A DNA stretch of 64,000 nt from Buchnera aphidicola (Chaetogeoica yunlongensis) (GCA_039829965.1 CP139909.1:183962-247961); one strand, 5' to 3'; shown: positions 44,407-55,300, counted from the first letter of the stretch. Numbers and translations are program-made. Notes: generated from the sequence alone by a model not told the origin.

Positions 44407-45750
44407 TTATTTTTGTGTTTTAATTAAGTGTTTTATTAATCTTGTAAAAGTGTTTCCTCTTTCTCTAAATCCAGAAAATTGATCTAAACTACTGCATGCA
44501 GGAGATAGTAAGACTATGTCTGTAGGTTTTACTTGCTTAAATATTAAATATATAATTTCTGATAGTGTATCAGAACATATAGATTTATGTGGATGTAAGT
44601 TAAATATTTTTTTTTTGCATTTTCCATAACAATAAATCACAATAGATTTATTTGTGAGTATATTTTTTAATGGTGTAAAATTTGCAGATTTACTATCTCC
44701 TCCTAATATTAATCTAATTTTGCTTTGTGTGGTTTTTTGTATGCTATTTATTGCAGATACAGTGCTTGCTACGTTGGTTGATTTAGAATCATTAATCCAT
44801 AAAATATTATTACTTTTATTGACTATTTGAAATCTATGTGGTAATCCTAAGAAATTTTTTAGTACAGAAAGGCTATCATCTAGATTTATTTTAAGTTCAT
44901 GTACTATGGATAATGCTGATAAAACATTAATATAGTTATGTTGTCCAAATATTTTTAATTCTTTAGTATTTAATAACTTTTGTTGTTTATAACAAATCCA
45001 TGTGTTGTTTTTTTGATAGTCAAGATGATAATCTCCTTTTTTAAGTCCAAAAGAAATATATTTTTTATTTTTTATTTTTTTGTTGCAAGATAATGGATCA
45101 TCTATATTGATTATACATATCTTAGAATATTTATAAATTTTTTGTTTGATTTTGATATATTGTTCCATTCCTAAATGATGTCTATCCATATGGTCAGGTG
45201 TAATATTTAATATAGTTGAAATATATGATTTTAAATTAAATATATATTCTAATTGAAAACTAGATAGTTCTAATATAAAATAATCAGCGGGTTTATTAAG
45301 AATACTTAATGCTGGAATTCCTATATTTCCACCTATGTAGGCACGAAATCTAGATTTTTGAATTATTTTGTTTACCATCATAGTAACTGAGCTTTTTCCA
45401 TTTGAACCTGTAATGGAAATTATTGGAGTATTAGTTTCTCTTAAAAATAGTTCAATATCTCCAATAATTTCTATATTATTTTTCAGTGCAAATGTAATTG
45501 CAGGATGTGTAGAATTTATACCTGGGCTGACAATTATTAGTGTAGATTCTAGTATCCAAGAATAATTAATAGATCCTATGTGATAGGATATATTTTTAAA
45601 TTTTAATATCTTTTTTATGTATTTAGGATTTTTGCAAGTATCCATAACTTTAGGAAATATTCCTTTAGATAAAAAAAAATTTATACATGATATACCTGTT
45701 ATACCCATTCCAAATATAAGAATTTTTTTATTAGAATAGTTACAAATCAT
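44407..45750 (-). CDS. murD: UDP-N-acetylmuramoylalanine--D-glutamate ligase
   Basis: From the ATG at 45750 it reads MICNYSNKKILIFGMGITGISCINFFLSKG, matching the E. coli MurD N-terminus, and GSNGKSS is present. The track ORF start (45810) would overlap mraY. An in-frame A10 tract (T10 at 44607-44616) is present. Confidence 0.93.
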   Translation of the reverse strand: MICNYSNKKILIFGMGITGISCINFFLSKGIFPKVMDTCKNPKYIKKILKFKNISYHIGSINYSWILESTLIIVSPGINSTHPAITFALKNNIEIIGDIELFLRETNTPIISITGSNGKSSVTMMVNKIIQKSRFRAYIGGNIGIPALSILNKPADYFILELSSFQLEYIFNLKSYISTILNITPDHMDRHHLGMEQYIKIKQKIYKYSKICIINIDDPLSCNKKIKNKKYISFGLKKGDYHLDYQKNNTWICYKQQKLLNTKELKIFGQHNYINVLSALSIVHELKINLDDSLSVLKNFLGLPHRFQIVNKSNNILWINDSKSTNVASTVSAINSIQKTTQSKIRLILGGDSKSANFTPLKNILTNKSIVIYCYGKCKKKIFNLHPHKSICSDTLSEIIYLIFKQVKPTDIVLLSPACSSLDQFSGFRERGNTFTRLIKHLIKTQK

Positions 45751-45752
45751 TG

Positions 45753-46769
45753 TTAAACCTTTAAGATGATTAATCCAATTAACATTAATATGAATGAAAT
45801 TATCCAGCATCTAACTACTAATTGTGGTTCAGGACATCCTTTTAGTTCATAATGATGATGAATAGGAGTCATATTAAATATTTTTTTTTGAGTAAATTTA
45901 TAATATGTTACTTGAATAATTACTGATAATGTTTCTATTACAAATAATCCTCCTAAGATAACTAGAAGTAATTCTTGTCGTAGTAAAACAGTAATAATAC
46001 TAATAATTCCACCTAAAGACAAAGATCCTACATCACCCATAAATATTCTAGCCGGATAGGTATTAAACCATAAAAATCCTATGCTAGCACCTATAATAGC
46101 AGTACAAATAGTTGTTAATTCGTTAGCATAAGGTATATAAATTGTATTAAAATACTGTGAAAAGTTTATGTTTCCACTAATTATTGATATTATTGATAAA
46201 CTAGTAGCGACGAAAATTATAGGCACTATTGCTAATCCATCTAGTCCGTCTGTTAGATTGACAGCGTTACTGGTTCCAACTATTGTAAAATATGATAGTA
46301 ATATACATATAATTTTATTTTTAAAAGTAATTTCTTCTAAAAATGGACATATTAATTTATTCATAGATTGATCATTAAATTTATAATATATTAATAATAT
46401 CACTATAAAAGCAATACTTGATAGAAGAAAAAATTTTTTAAAATTTGATAAACCGTTTTCGTTTTGGTAAATAATTTTTTTATAATCATCTATGAATCCT
46501 ACTACTCCATATCCAATTAGAATTATAATGGAAAATATTACGTAAGGGTTGGATAATTTTGTCCATAGAAGCGTTGACATAATAATTGAAAATATTATTA
46601 GTATTCCACCCATGGTGGGTGTATATTTTTTTTTTAAATGTGATTTAGGATTGCATTTTCTAATTATTTGATGAATCTGACTTTTTTTTAGCTGTTTGAT
46701 TAAATATGGTCCCAGTATTAGAAAAATGGATAAAGACGTAAAAAAGCTTAGTATAGGATTAATGATCAT
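45753..46769 (-). CDS. mraY: phospho-N-acetylmuramoyl-pentapeptide transferase (N-terminus shortened)
   Basis: 338 aa against 360 in E. coli. ..TPTMGG.., ..NAVNLTDGLDGLA.., ..MGDVGSLSLGG.., ..PIHHHYEL are present. An in-frame A10 tract (T10 at 46626-46635) is present. See the finding on the upstream in-frame TAA. Confidence 0.93.
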   Translation of the reverse strand: MIINPILSFFTSLSIFLILGPYLIKQLKKSQIHQIIRKCNPKSHLKKKYTPTMGGILIIFSIIMSTLLWTKLSNPYVIFSIIILIGYGVVGFIDDYKKIIYQNENGLSNFKKFFLLSSIAFIVILLIYYKFNDQSMNKLICPFLEEITFKNKIICILLSYFTIVGTSNAVNLTDGLDGLAIVPIIFVATSLSIISIISGNINFSQYFNTIYIPYANELTTICTAIIGASIGFLWFNTYPARIFMGDVGSLSLGGIISIITVLLRQELLLVILGGLFVIETLSVIIQVTYYKFTQKKIFNMTPIHHHYELKGCPEPQLVVRCWIISFILMLIGLIILKV

Positions 46770-46816
46770 ATATTTTATTTAATATTTTAAAGTAAAGATC
46801 ATAAAATTAAATTTTT

Positions 46817-48208
46817 TTAGGTAATTGTATTTTTGTATGTTTCTATTAATTTTTGAACAATTTTTTCTAATTTGTAGATTCTAGATGCTTTTACTAAGAT
46901 AGTAATAATTTTTTTATTTAATAATTTATTTATCAAAGCATCTAATAAATTTTGAGAATTGTTGAAATGTTGTCCCTTTTTACTATTTTTGCTAATATTT
47001 TTACTCAAATCACCAATACTAAAAACTTTATTTATATTAGAATTATATAGATAATTTCCAACAGTTTTGTGATAAAAAATATTTTTTTTCCCTAATTCAG
47101 CCATATCTCCTGATACGAAAATTTTGTATCCTGGCATTTTTTCTAATACTTTAATGGCTGCAGCCATAGATCCTACATTAGCGTTGTATGTGTCATTAAT
47201 AACAGTTTTATACTTGTTGAGTCTAATACTTTGTAGTCTGTTTTTCAGTAATGGTAGTTTAGCAAGACTTGTTTGAATTATTTTTAAGGGAATATTTAAA
47301 GATATTGCAATTGAGGCGGCTGCTAAGGCATTAGAAATATTGTGATGACCTAGTAATGGTAGAGAAATATATATTTCTCCTTGAGGACAATGTAATTTAA
47401 ATTTTGACCCTTTATTATTAATTTTTATGTCACTAGCAAAAACAGTGCTGTTTTGTTTCATTGAAAAACTAATTATTTTTTGAGTAGATAAAGATTTTTT
47501 CCACATTGGCCAAAAGTTGTTGTCTTGATTGAAAATTGCTGTTCCATTTTTTGGTAATCCTAAAAAAATTTCTTTTTTAGCTGCAGCTACTCCAGATATA
47601 TTTTTAAAGCCAGCTAGGTGTGCATTGTAGATATTATTTATAAGTGCTATATTCGGTTTTGTTATATTAACTGTATATTCTATGTTTTTGGGATAGTTTG
47701 CTCCTAATTCTATTACTGCATATTTATGAAATTTTTTCAATTTTAATAGAGTAAGTGGAACACCAATGTGATTATTTAGATTATGAAAAGTAGAAATTGT
47801 ATTTCCATGATTTTTTAAGATAGAAGCAGTCATTTCTTTTACAGAAGTTTTTCCTGACGATCCGGTAATTGCAATAATAGTAGTATTTACTTGTTTTCTT
47901 GTCCAAGCTGCAATTTGGCCTAAAGCAATATTTGTATTTTTAACTATAATTTGTGGTATATTACATTTTTTTAAATATTTTGTTTGAATAAGTAACGCAC
48001 GAGCTCTTTTAGTTATAGCTTCGTGTATAAAAGAGTGTGCGTTAAATTTTTTTCCGATCAAAGCAATAAATAAACATCCAGGAGTAATTTTTCTAGTGTC
48101 AGTAGATATTGAACAAATTTTTATAGAATTTACATGACATAATTTTCCTGAATAATATAATTTTCCATTAGTGATATATTGTATTTGTTTTAAACTAATT
48201 GGTATCAT
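46817..48208 (-). CDS. murF: UDP-MurNAc-tripeptide--D-Ala-D-Ala ligase
   Basis: 463 aa. ..STDTRKITPGCLFIAL.GKKFNAH.F.. and ITGSSGKTSVKE are collinear with MurF. Confidence 0.94.
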   Translation of the reverse strand: MIPISLKQIQYITNGKLYYSGKLCHVNSIKICSISTDTRKITPGCLFIALIGKKFNAHSFIHEAITKRARALLIQTKYLKKCNIPQIIVKNTNIALGQIAAWTRKQVNTTIIAITGSSGKTSVKEMTASILKNHGNTISTFHNLNNHIGVPLTLLKLKKFHKYAVIELGANYPKNIEYTVNITKPNIALINNIYNAHLAGFKNISGVAAAKKEIFLGLPKNGTAIFNQDNNFWPMWKKSLSTQKIISFSMKQNSTVFASDIKINNKGSKFKLHCPQGEIYISLPLLGHHNISNALAAASIAISLNIPLKIIQTSLAKLPLLKNRLQSIRLNKYKTVINDTYNANVGSMAAAIKVLEKMPGYKIFVSGDMAELGKKNIFYHKTVGNYLYNSNINKVFSIGDLSKNISKNSKKGQHFNNSQNLLDALINKLLNKKIITILVKASRIYKLEKIVQKLIETYKNTIT

Positions 48209-48211
48209 ATT

Positions 48212-49695
48212 TTATTTTAATAGTTTATTTATTACGTCTTGATCGGAATAATAGTAATATTTGTTATTTATAATTTGATATTTTTCGTGACCTTTACCAG
48301 AGATAATTATTATATCTTGAATATTTGCATTATTTAATGCAAATTTTATTGCTTTTTCTCTATTTAAAATCACATGAATTTTATTTTTGTTTTTACATCC
48401 AGAGAGAATATCCTGAATAATATCTAATGGATTTTCGTTTCTTGGATTATCGTTAGTTAATATTATCTTATCTGATAAAATTTCAGCAATTTTTCCCATA
48501 TGAGGACGTTTATTTTTATCTCGGTTTCCACCGCATCCAAAGATACACCATATTTTTTTATTTTTAAATTTCATTTTTATGGTGTTTAATAGATTTTTTA
48601 ATGCATCTTTATTGTGTGCATAATCTATGATGATTTTTGGTTTATTAGGAAATTTAAAATACTGCATTCTACCTGATATGGTTTTAATTTTATTGCATAC
48701 TTTAATTAAATCTTGAATAGGATATTTTAATTCTAATAGGCTAGCTAAAGCAAGTAATAGATTTGTTACATTAAATAGTCCAATTAGTTTACTACTTAAT
48801 ATCCCGCTACCCCAAGTAGAATTGAAAGAAATAGTGGTATAATCATGTTTTTCCTCTATTTTATTTACATTAATCCATTTCTTAGATAAGAATGAGGAGT
48901 AATGATTGTTTATAGTTACAGAAATTATATTTTTATTAGATAATTTTTTAATACAAGATCGTGCTATGGGATCATCTATATTAATTATAAAGGTATTAAT
49001 ATTATATTGTAATAAAAATGATAGTTTCGCATGTATATATTGTTGTATTGTTTGATGATAGTCAAGATGTTCTGATGTTATATTTGTTAATATAGCAATA
49101 TTAAAAGGTAACCCTAGAATTCTATTTTGAGATATTCCATGTGAAGAAATTTCCATTGCTATAGTATCAATATTTTTATATAACATATTTTGTATAAACT
49201 TATATATATTTTCTGGTGATTCAGTTGTGTTTTTTGTTAACGTTAATTTTTTATAGCATCCATATCCTAATGTACCCATAATTCCTATTTTTTTATTTAA
49301 TAGGTTAGTCCATTGTGCAATTATATGTGTAGTAGTGCTTTTCCCATTTGTTCCAGTTATTCCTATTAGTGTAATTTTTTTTTGAAATGAATAATATCTT
49401 TTTAAAATTAAAGGAAAATATTTTGATAACTCAAAAAAATAAATGATCGGTATATCGTTTTTAATTTTTTTTATAGTTCCATGTTGGATTTTTTTTTTGT
49501 GTCGTAAAGAATTATAGATGTTCCATTTTTTATTGCTTGTAAAATATATATTTTTTTTTGAGTAGAATTATTCTTTATTGCACAAAATAAATTTCCAGGT
49601 TTAATGTATTGGCTGTTAGAATTTATCCCTGTAATATTAAATGAATATTCAGTTTTTATCCAGGGTAATATTAGTTTTTTAAAATTTTTATTCAT
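48212..49695 (-). pseudogene. murE: UDP-MurNAc-L-Ala-D-Glu--meso-DAP ligase, reading frame interrupted at an A10 tract (49489-49498)
   Basis: The N-terminal ORF 49471..49695 (MNKNFKKLILPW..PGNLFCAI..YILQAIKNGTS..YDTKKKS..) stops at 49471. A second frame, open from 49567, reads ..KKKIQHGTIKKIKNDIPIIYFFELSKYF..ITLIGITGTNGKSTTTHIIAQW..MGTLGYG.. It continues as track ORF 48212..49279 with the DNPR motif intact. Both frames are open only across 49471-49567, which contains the A10 run. Confidence 0.88.
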
Positions 49696-49742
49696 AATAA
49701 GAAGTATGTTTTATAAAAAGTTAGTGGTGTAGTGTTATATTT

Positions 49743-51480
49743 TTAATATTTTTGTAAATTATCTGGAAGAATATTGTTTAGTTTTAGAATTTGACTCATT
49801 ATAATTTTAAATACTGGAGCTGACACGTCTCCTCCATAGTATTTTTTAGATTTAGGTTCATTAATCATGATTATTAATGAGAATTTAGGATGACTCATAG
49901 GAACAATACCAGCAATATAAGAAATATATTTTTTTACATAATGTTTTTTAGAATTTAGTTTTTTAGTCGTTCCAGTTTTTGCTGCTATTCTATAGCCCTT
50001 AATTGCTGCTTTTCGCCCTGCTCCTCCTGGTTGAGTTACTGTTTCTAACATTTTTGATACGATTTTAATTATTTTTTTAGAAAATACTTGTTCAGTAGAG
50101 TTGTTTTTTATTTTTTGATAATCTTTTGCTATTATAGATAATGGTTGTGAACTTCCATTTCTTCCTATAATAGTATATACACGTGCGAGTTGTAGTGGTG
50201 TTGCCATTACTCCGTAACCAAATGATAATGATACTTTATCAAGATCTGAAAAATGTTTATTTTTTGAGTATAGGAATCCAGATTTTTCTCCTATTAATCC
50301 TATATTAGTAGATTTTCCAAGTTTAAATTTAGCATAAATATCAATAATTTCAGACATAGGCATAAGTAGTGACAATTTTGATACTCCTATATTACTTGAT
50401 TTTTTTAGAATATCAGTAATTGAGAGTTTTCCATGGCATGGAAATACATCTTTTATTGTATGCTTATTAATTGTAATAGGAGATATATTCATAATAGTAT
50501 TAGGTGTGGCTATTTTTTTTTCTAATGCCTTCATAATAATCATTGGTTTTACAGTAGATCCTAGTTCAAACATATCAGTAATAGCTTTATTTCTAATAGT
50601 TGGATTTTCTTTAAATAATTGTTTTGAATTATTGGGATCAAACGAAGGACTATTTACTATAGATAATATTTCTCCTGTTTCTATATTTATTAAAACAGCA
50701 CTTCCAGAATTAGCTTTATTAGATATAACAGCATTATTAAGTGCGCAATATACTATTTTTTGATATCTTGAATCTATACTTAAAGTAATATCATTTGGTG
50801 GAATGCTTTTTTTTATGGTGTACTTTTCTATCACTTTTCCATTTTTATCTATTCTAACTTTTATTGTTTCAGGTTTACCGGTTAGTAGTTTATCAAAGCT
50901 TTTTTCTACCCCTTCAATTCCTTTATTATCAATATTAGTAAATCCTACAAGTTGTGATGTTAATTTTCCTAGTGGATAATACCGTTTATAATCATTTATT
51001 AGATATATTCCTGGTATATTTAGATCTTTTATTTTTTTTGCAAGTTCAAAACTAATTTTACGAGCAAGATATATGAAGTGTTTGTTTTTATTTAATTTAA
51101 TTTCATAAAATATTTTTTCTAAGGGTATTGATAAAACTTTTGATAAATTTTTCCATTTTAAAGTAGAATTGATATCTTCTTCTTTAAAAAAAAAATTGAG
51201 GGTCAAAACAAATACTTTTTACCGGTAAACTAACAGCTATTAAATTTCCTAATCTATCTTTAATATTTCCTCTTTGAATTATTTCTATTCGTGTTCTTAA
51301 AGAACGTAGATCACTTTGATGTGTAAGGTGTTTAGATTGAATTATTTGTAAGAAAAAAATTCTTATAAATACCACACTGGAAATAAATGTGATTAATAAA
51401 AATAAAAGTAACATTCTTTTATTATTGAATGTTTTATTTTTTATTTTAAAGTATCGTTTTTTTTTTGAAATATATATCAT
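49743..51480 (-). pseudogene. ftsI: peptidoglycan transpeptidase FtsI (PBP3), reading frame interrupted at a T10 coding-strand tract (51186-51195)
   Basis: The N-terminal ORF 51184..51480 ends ..AVSLPVKSICFDPQFFF* (E. coli: ..AVSVPVKAIWADPKEV). The next frame continues ..FFFKEEDINSTLKWKNLSKVLSIPL..HFIYLARKI.. as track ORF 49743..51206. STVKP, SSN and KTGT motifs are intact. Both frames are open only across about 51186-51222, which contains the run. Confidence 0.88.
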
Positions 51481-51573
51481 AGATTTAAAATATTTCTAAT
51501 AATTATTTTAAAAATTATTTTAGATAATTTTTATATATAATATTATAATAGGAAACATAAAAATTGTTAAATT

Positions 51574-51810
51574 TTATTTAATATTTTTTATTTTGTAAAT
51601 ATTTTTTAATTGTAAATTTTTATTTATGCTTAACTTAATTGATTCTTTTTTTAATTTTTCTATTTCAGATATTAGTAGACGTGTTTTATGTATTATGATA
51701 ACTAACAATATTGATGAAAATAATATCATAAAAAGAAGTGCAATTTGTGTTTTATGAAAAGAAAGCATATCATCTAAAATTATTTTTGATAAATTATAAT
51801 TCTTGTCCAT
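51574..51810 (-). CDS. ftsL: cell division protein FtsL (short form)
   Basis: 78 aa. ..DDMLSFHKTQIALLFMILFSSILLVIIIHKTRLL.. aligns with the E. coli FtsL TM segment and the start of the coiled coil (..DDLLRFGKLPLCLF..AHHTRLL). It lies between rsmH and ftsI. Confidence 0.8.
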   Translation of the reverse strand: MDKNYNLSKIILDDMLSFHKTQIALLFMILFSSILLVIIIHKTRLLISEIEKLKKESIKLSINKNLQLKNIYKIKNIK

Positions 51811-52753
51811 GTGTATTTATTTTTTCAGCAATTCGTAATATTGCACTACGTGACCTTTTATTTATATTCATTTCTATTTTACTAGGAAATATTTTTTTAA
51901 AAATTTTTAGTTGTATTTTATTAAGAGATTTTAATTGTTGTTCAGTTATTGGAAATCCTGAAGGAGCGTATGGTAATTTACTATGTTTATTCATAAAGTT
52001 TTTTACAATACGATCTTCTAATGAATGAAAACTGATAACTAGTAATCTTCCATGATGAGTAAGTAGATTTAAAATGGTTTTTAGTGCTGTTTTTAATTCA
52101 TAGATTTCTTGATTTATATAAATTCTAATTGCTTGAAACGTTAGTCTTGCTGGATGTTTGTTATATTTAGTATATGGTATAATTTTTTTTATTATATCAG
52201 ATAATTCTATTGTTCTGGTAATTTGTGTTTTTTTGTTGTACTTAAGTATTTCTAGAGATATTTTTTTTGCAAATCTTTCTTCTCCATATTTTTTCAGTAT
52301 ATGATATAATTTCTTAGCGCTAGTTTTTTTTAGCCATTGATATGCTGGAATACCTTGATTTGGATTCATTCTCATATCCAACGGTCCATCTGATAGAAAA
52401 GAAAATCCTCTATTTGGATTGTCTATTTGCATAGATGACATACCTAAATCTAATAGTATACCGTTTACTTTTTTTTGTGTATAATTTTTATTAAAGTTTT
52501 TTAATATGTTAGAAAATGATCCATGAAGGATATTAAATCTACTATCGTATTTTAATTTATTAGCTATTTGAATGGCATCGGGATCTTTATCAATGCTATA
52601 AAGTTTTCCATTTTTTCCTAAATTTTTTAAAATTTCTTTTGAATGGCCACCATATCCAAATGTACAATCTATATATATTCCATCTGGTTTTATATTTAAA
52701 TTTGTAATTGTTTCGTTTAATAATACAGACGTATGTTTGTAATTATCATTCAT
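51794..52753 (-). CDS. rsmH: 16S rRNA m4C1402 methyltransferase
   Basis: 319 aa. HTSVLLNE..IDCTFGYGGHS..DLG.SS.Q.D...RGFSF are collinear with RsmH/MraW. It overlaps the ftsL start by 17 nt. Confidence 0.94.
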   Translation of the reverse strand: MNDNYKHTSVLLNETITNLNIKPDGIYIDCTFGYGGHSKEILKNLGKNGKLYSIDKDPDAIQIANKLKYDSRFNILHGSFSNILKNFNKNYTQKKVNGILLDLGMSSMQIDNPNRGFSFLSDGPLDMRMNPNQGIPAYQWLKKTSAKKLYHILKKYGEERFAKKISLEILKYNKKTQITRTIELSDIIKKIIPYTKYNKHPARLTFQAIRIYINQEIYELKTALKTILNLLTHHGRLLVISFHSLEDRIVKNFMNKHSKLPYAPSGFPITEQQLKSLNKIQLKIFKKIFPSKIEMNINKRSRSAILRIAEKINTHGQEL

Positions 52754-52840
52754 AATTGATTGTAGTTTAATTATATAGTCAGTAAAAAATTTATAATAAT
52801 GTTATTTTTTATAAGAAAAAATTTAATTTTTTGTAAATTT

Positions 52841-53317
52841 TTAATTTTTAGAGATGCTGATTATTCCTGATCTAGAAATTTCTATAATTTCTGTAAAATT
52901 TTTTATAATTTCTATATATTTGTTTAGTTTTTTACTATTTCCTGATAATTGTATAATAGAGCTATTTGAGTTTATATTAACGACTTTGCCTTTAAATATA
53001 TTTGTAATATTGTGTATTTTATGATACTGATCATTAGTATTGTTTATTTTAATTAGTAGAATTTCTCTTTCTATATGATCTAAATGTCCAATTTCTGTGA
53101 CTTTAAGTACATTTATTAGTTTATGTAATTGTTTTTCAATTTGTTCAAGAATTTGTTCGTTACCAATAGTTTGTATGGTGATTTTAGATATAGATAAATC
53201 TTCTGTGGGTGCTACTGTTATACTTTCGATATTATATCCTCTTTGAGAAAATAAACCAACAACTCTAGATAAGGCTCCAGATTCATTTTCTAATAGAATG
53301 GATAAGATGCGTTTCAT
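52841..53317 (-). CDS. ilvH: acetolactate synthase III small (regulatory) subunit
   Basis: [40 protein letters not shown] is nearly identical in pattern to E. coli IlvH. It overlaps the ilvI stop by 4 nt. Confidence 0.95.
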   Translation of the reverse strand: MKRILSILLENESGALSRVVGLFSQRGYNIESITVAPTEDLSISKITIQTIGNEQILEQIEKQLHKLINVLKVTEIGHLDHIEREILLIKINNTNDQYHKIHNITNIFKGKVVNINSNSSIIQLSGNSKKLNKYIEIIKNFTEIIEISRSGIISISKN

Positions 53318-55068
53318 TTAGATATGTTCTCCATATTTCTTAACAGCATTTCATTCATTCCTCCATCTTTAATTTGCATAGGATAAACATGTTCTTCTGG
53401 ATCAATGTTGATATCTACGAAAACTAAACTACCTTTTTTTAAATTTGTTAGTGCAAATTTTAATTTTTTTTCTAATTCTTTAGAAGTGTGAATGGATAGT
53501 CCTATATGACCGTAGGATTCAGATAATTTTACAAAATCAGGTAATGATTTCATATATGAATGAGAATGTCTACCTGAATATATGATATCTTGCCATTGCT
53601 TTACCATTCCTAAAGAGCGATTGTTTAAATTTAGTATTAATATTGAAATTTTATATTGCATTGCTGTAGATAGTTCTTGAATGTTCATTTGAATACTTCC
53701 ATCTCCAGTAATACAAATTACAATTTCTTTAGGTAAAGCAAGTTTTACACCTAATGCAGCGGGTAATCCAAACCCCATTGTTCCTAATCCTCCTGAATTT
53801 ATCCATCTTCTAGGTTTTTTAAATGAATAATATAGTGCTGTAAACATTTGATGTTGACCAACATCTGATGTAATAAAAGCATTTCCGTGAGTTAATTGAG
53901 ATATTTTTTTAATAACCTGTTGTGGTTTAATTTTTTCACTATTTTTATTAAAATTTAGACTATTGATAGATTTCCATTGATTTATTTTGTTCCACCATGT
54001 TTCTAAATTTGTTATTTTATTTTTAGGAATTTTTTTGTTTAATAAATATAATATTTGTTTTAAAACATTTTTAGCATCTCCTACTATCGGAATATGTGAA
54101 GAAATAGTTTTAGATATAGATGTAGGATCAATGTCAATATGTATAATAGTAGCGTTAGGACAGTATTTATCTACGTTGTTTGTTGTTCTATCATCAAATC
54201 TTACTCCAATTGCTAGAATTGCATCTGATTCATGCATAGCCATATTAGCTTCATAAGTTCCGTGCATGCCTAGCATTTTTAGGTTTTGTGGATGGTCATA
54301 AGGAATAGCTCCTAGAGCCATCAATGAAGTAGTAACTGGAATATTTAATCTTTCAGCAATTAATTTTAATTCTCTATGACTATTTGAACTTATTATACCA
54401 CCACCGATATAGATTATTGGTTGTTGTGCTGCTATTAAGGTATATAAGGCTCTTTTAATTTGTCCCTGATGACCTTTTAAAATCGGATTATATGATCTTA
54501 GACTAATTGATTTCGGCCAAATATATGGTTTTTTTACTAAAGGATTTAAAATATCTTTGGGTAAATCAATTACCACTGGTCCAGGTCTACCACTAGATGC
54601 TAACCAAAAAGCTTTTTTAAATATCAAAGGGATGTCTTCAGTGTTTTTAACTAAAAAGCTATGTTTAACTATTGGTCTTGAGATTCCTATCATATCACAT
54701 TCTTGAAAAGCGTCATATCCAATTAAAGATGATGCAACTTGTCCAGAAATTACGACGAGTGGTATAGAATCCATATATGCAGTTGCGATTCCAGTAATTG
54801 CGTTTGTAGCACCAGGTCCTGATGTTACTAATACTACTCCAGTTTTTCCAGTAGCTCTAGCGTATCCATCGGCCATATGTGTTGCACTTTGTTCATGTCT
54901 AACAAGAATATGTGTAATTCCTTCAATTGTTTTTAAAGAATCGTATATGTCTAAAACAGCTCCTCCAGGGTATCCAAATATATGTTTGATACCTTGATCA
55001 ATTAATGATCTAATTACCATTTCAGATCCTGATAACATTTCCGCTTCAGATCCTGATAACATTTCCAT
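53314..55068 (-). CDS. ilvI: acetolactate synthase III large subunit (8-codon N-terminal tandem duplication)
   Basis: 584 aa. After the duplicated [16 protein letters not shown] it reads [29 protein letters not shown].., collinear with E. coli IlvI (MEMLSGAEMVVRSLIDQG..). The ThDP motif [13 protein letters not shown] is present. Confidence 0.95.
   Translation of the reverse strand: MEMLSGSEAEMLSGSEMVIRSLIDQGIKHIFGYPGGAVLDIYDSLKTIEGITHILVRHEQSATHMADGYARATGKTGVVLVTSGPGATNAITGIATAYMDSIPLVVISGQVASSLIGYDAFQECDMIGISRPIVKHSFLVKNTEDIPLIFKKAFWLASSGRPGPVVIDLPKDILNPLVKKPYIWPKSISLRSYNPILKGHQGQIKRALYTLIAAQQPIIYIGGGIISSNSHRELKLIAERLNIPVTTSLMALGAIPYDHPQNLKMLGMHGTYEANMAMHESDAILAIGVRFDDRTTNNVDKYCPNATIIHIDIDPTSISKTISSHIPIVGDAKNVLKQILYLLNKKIPKNKITNLETWWNKINQWKSINSLNFNKNSEKIKPQQVIKKISQLTHGNAFITSDVGQHQMFTALYYSFKKPRRWINSGGLGTMGFGLPAALGVKLALPKEIVICITGDGSIQMNIQELSTAMQYKISILILNLNNRSLGMVKQWQDIIYSGRHSHSYMKSLPDFVKLSESYGHIGLSIHTSKELEKKLKFALTNLKKGSLVFVDINIDPEEHVYPMQIKDGGMNEMLLRNMENISK
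55021..55068 (-). repeat. direct tandem duplication, 2 x 24 nt, at the 5' end of ilvI
   Basis: Plus strand: ttcagatcctgataacatttcc+gc (55021-55044) then ttcagatcctgataacatttcc+at (55045-55068). 22 of 24 positions are identical; the two differences are at the junction codon (ATG versus GCG on the coding strand). Confidence 0.95.
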
Positions 55069-55300
55069 TTTTTCTCCAAAGGTACGAGTTTATTGAGAAT
55101 AAATTAAATTTTTATGTTTTTTGATTTTTGATCAGATTATTTTAAAGATATAGTAAATTTTTAAATTGTTACTAAATTCATATTTTTTAGGTTTTTAAAA
55201 TAATGGATGATAATAAAATGTTTGTATTTAAATGTAAACATATATGTAATGGTGTTTTATATATTGATAGGAAAGTTTTTTGTTTTATACATTTGTAATA

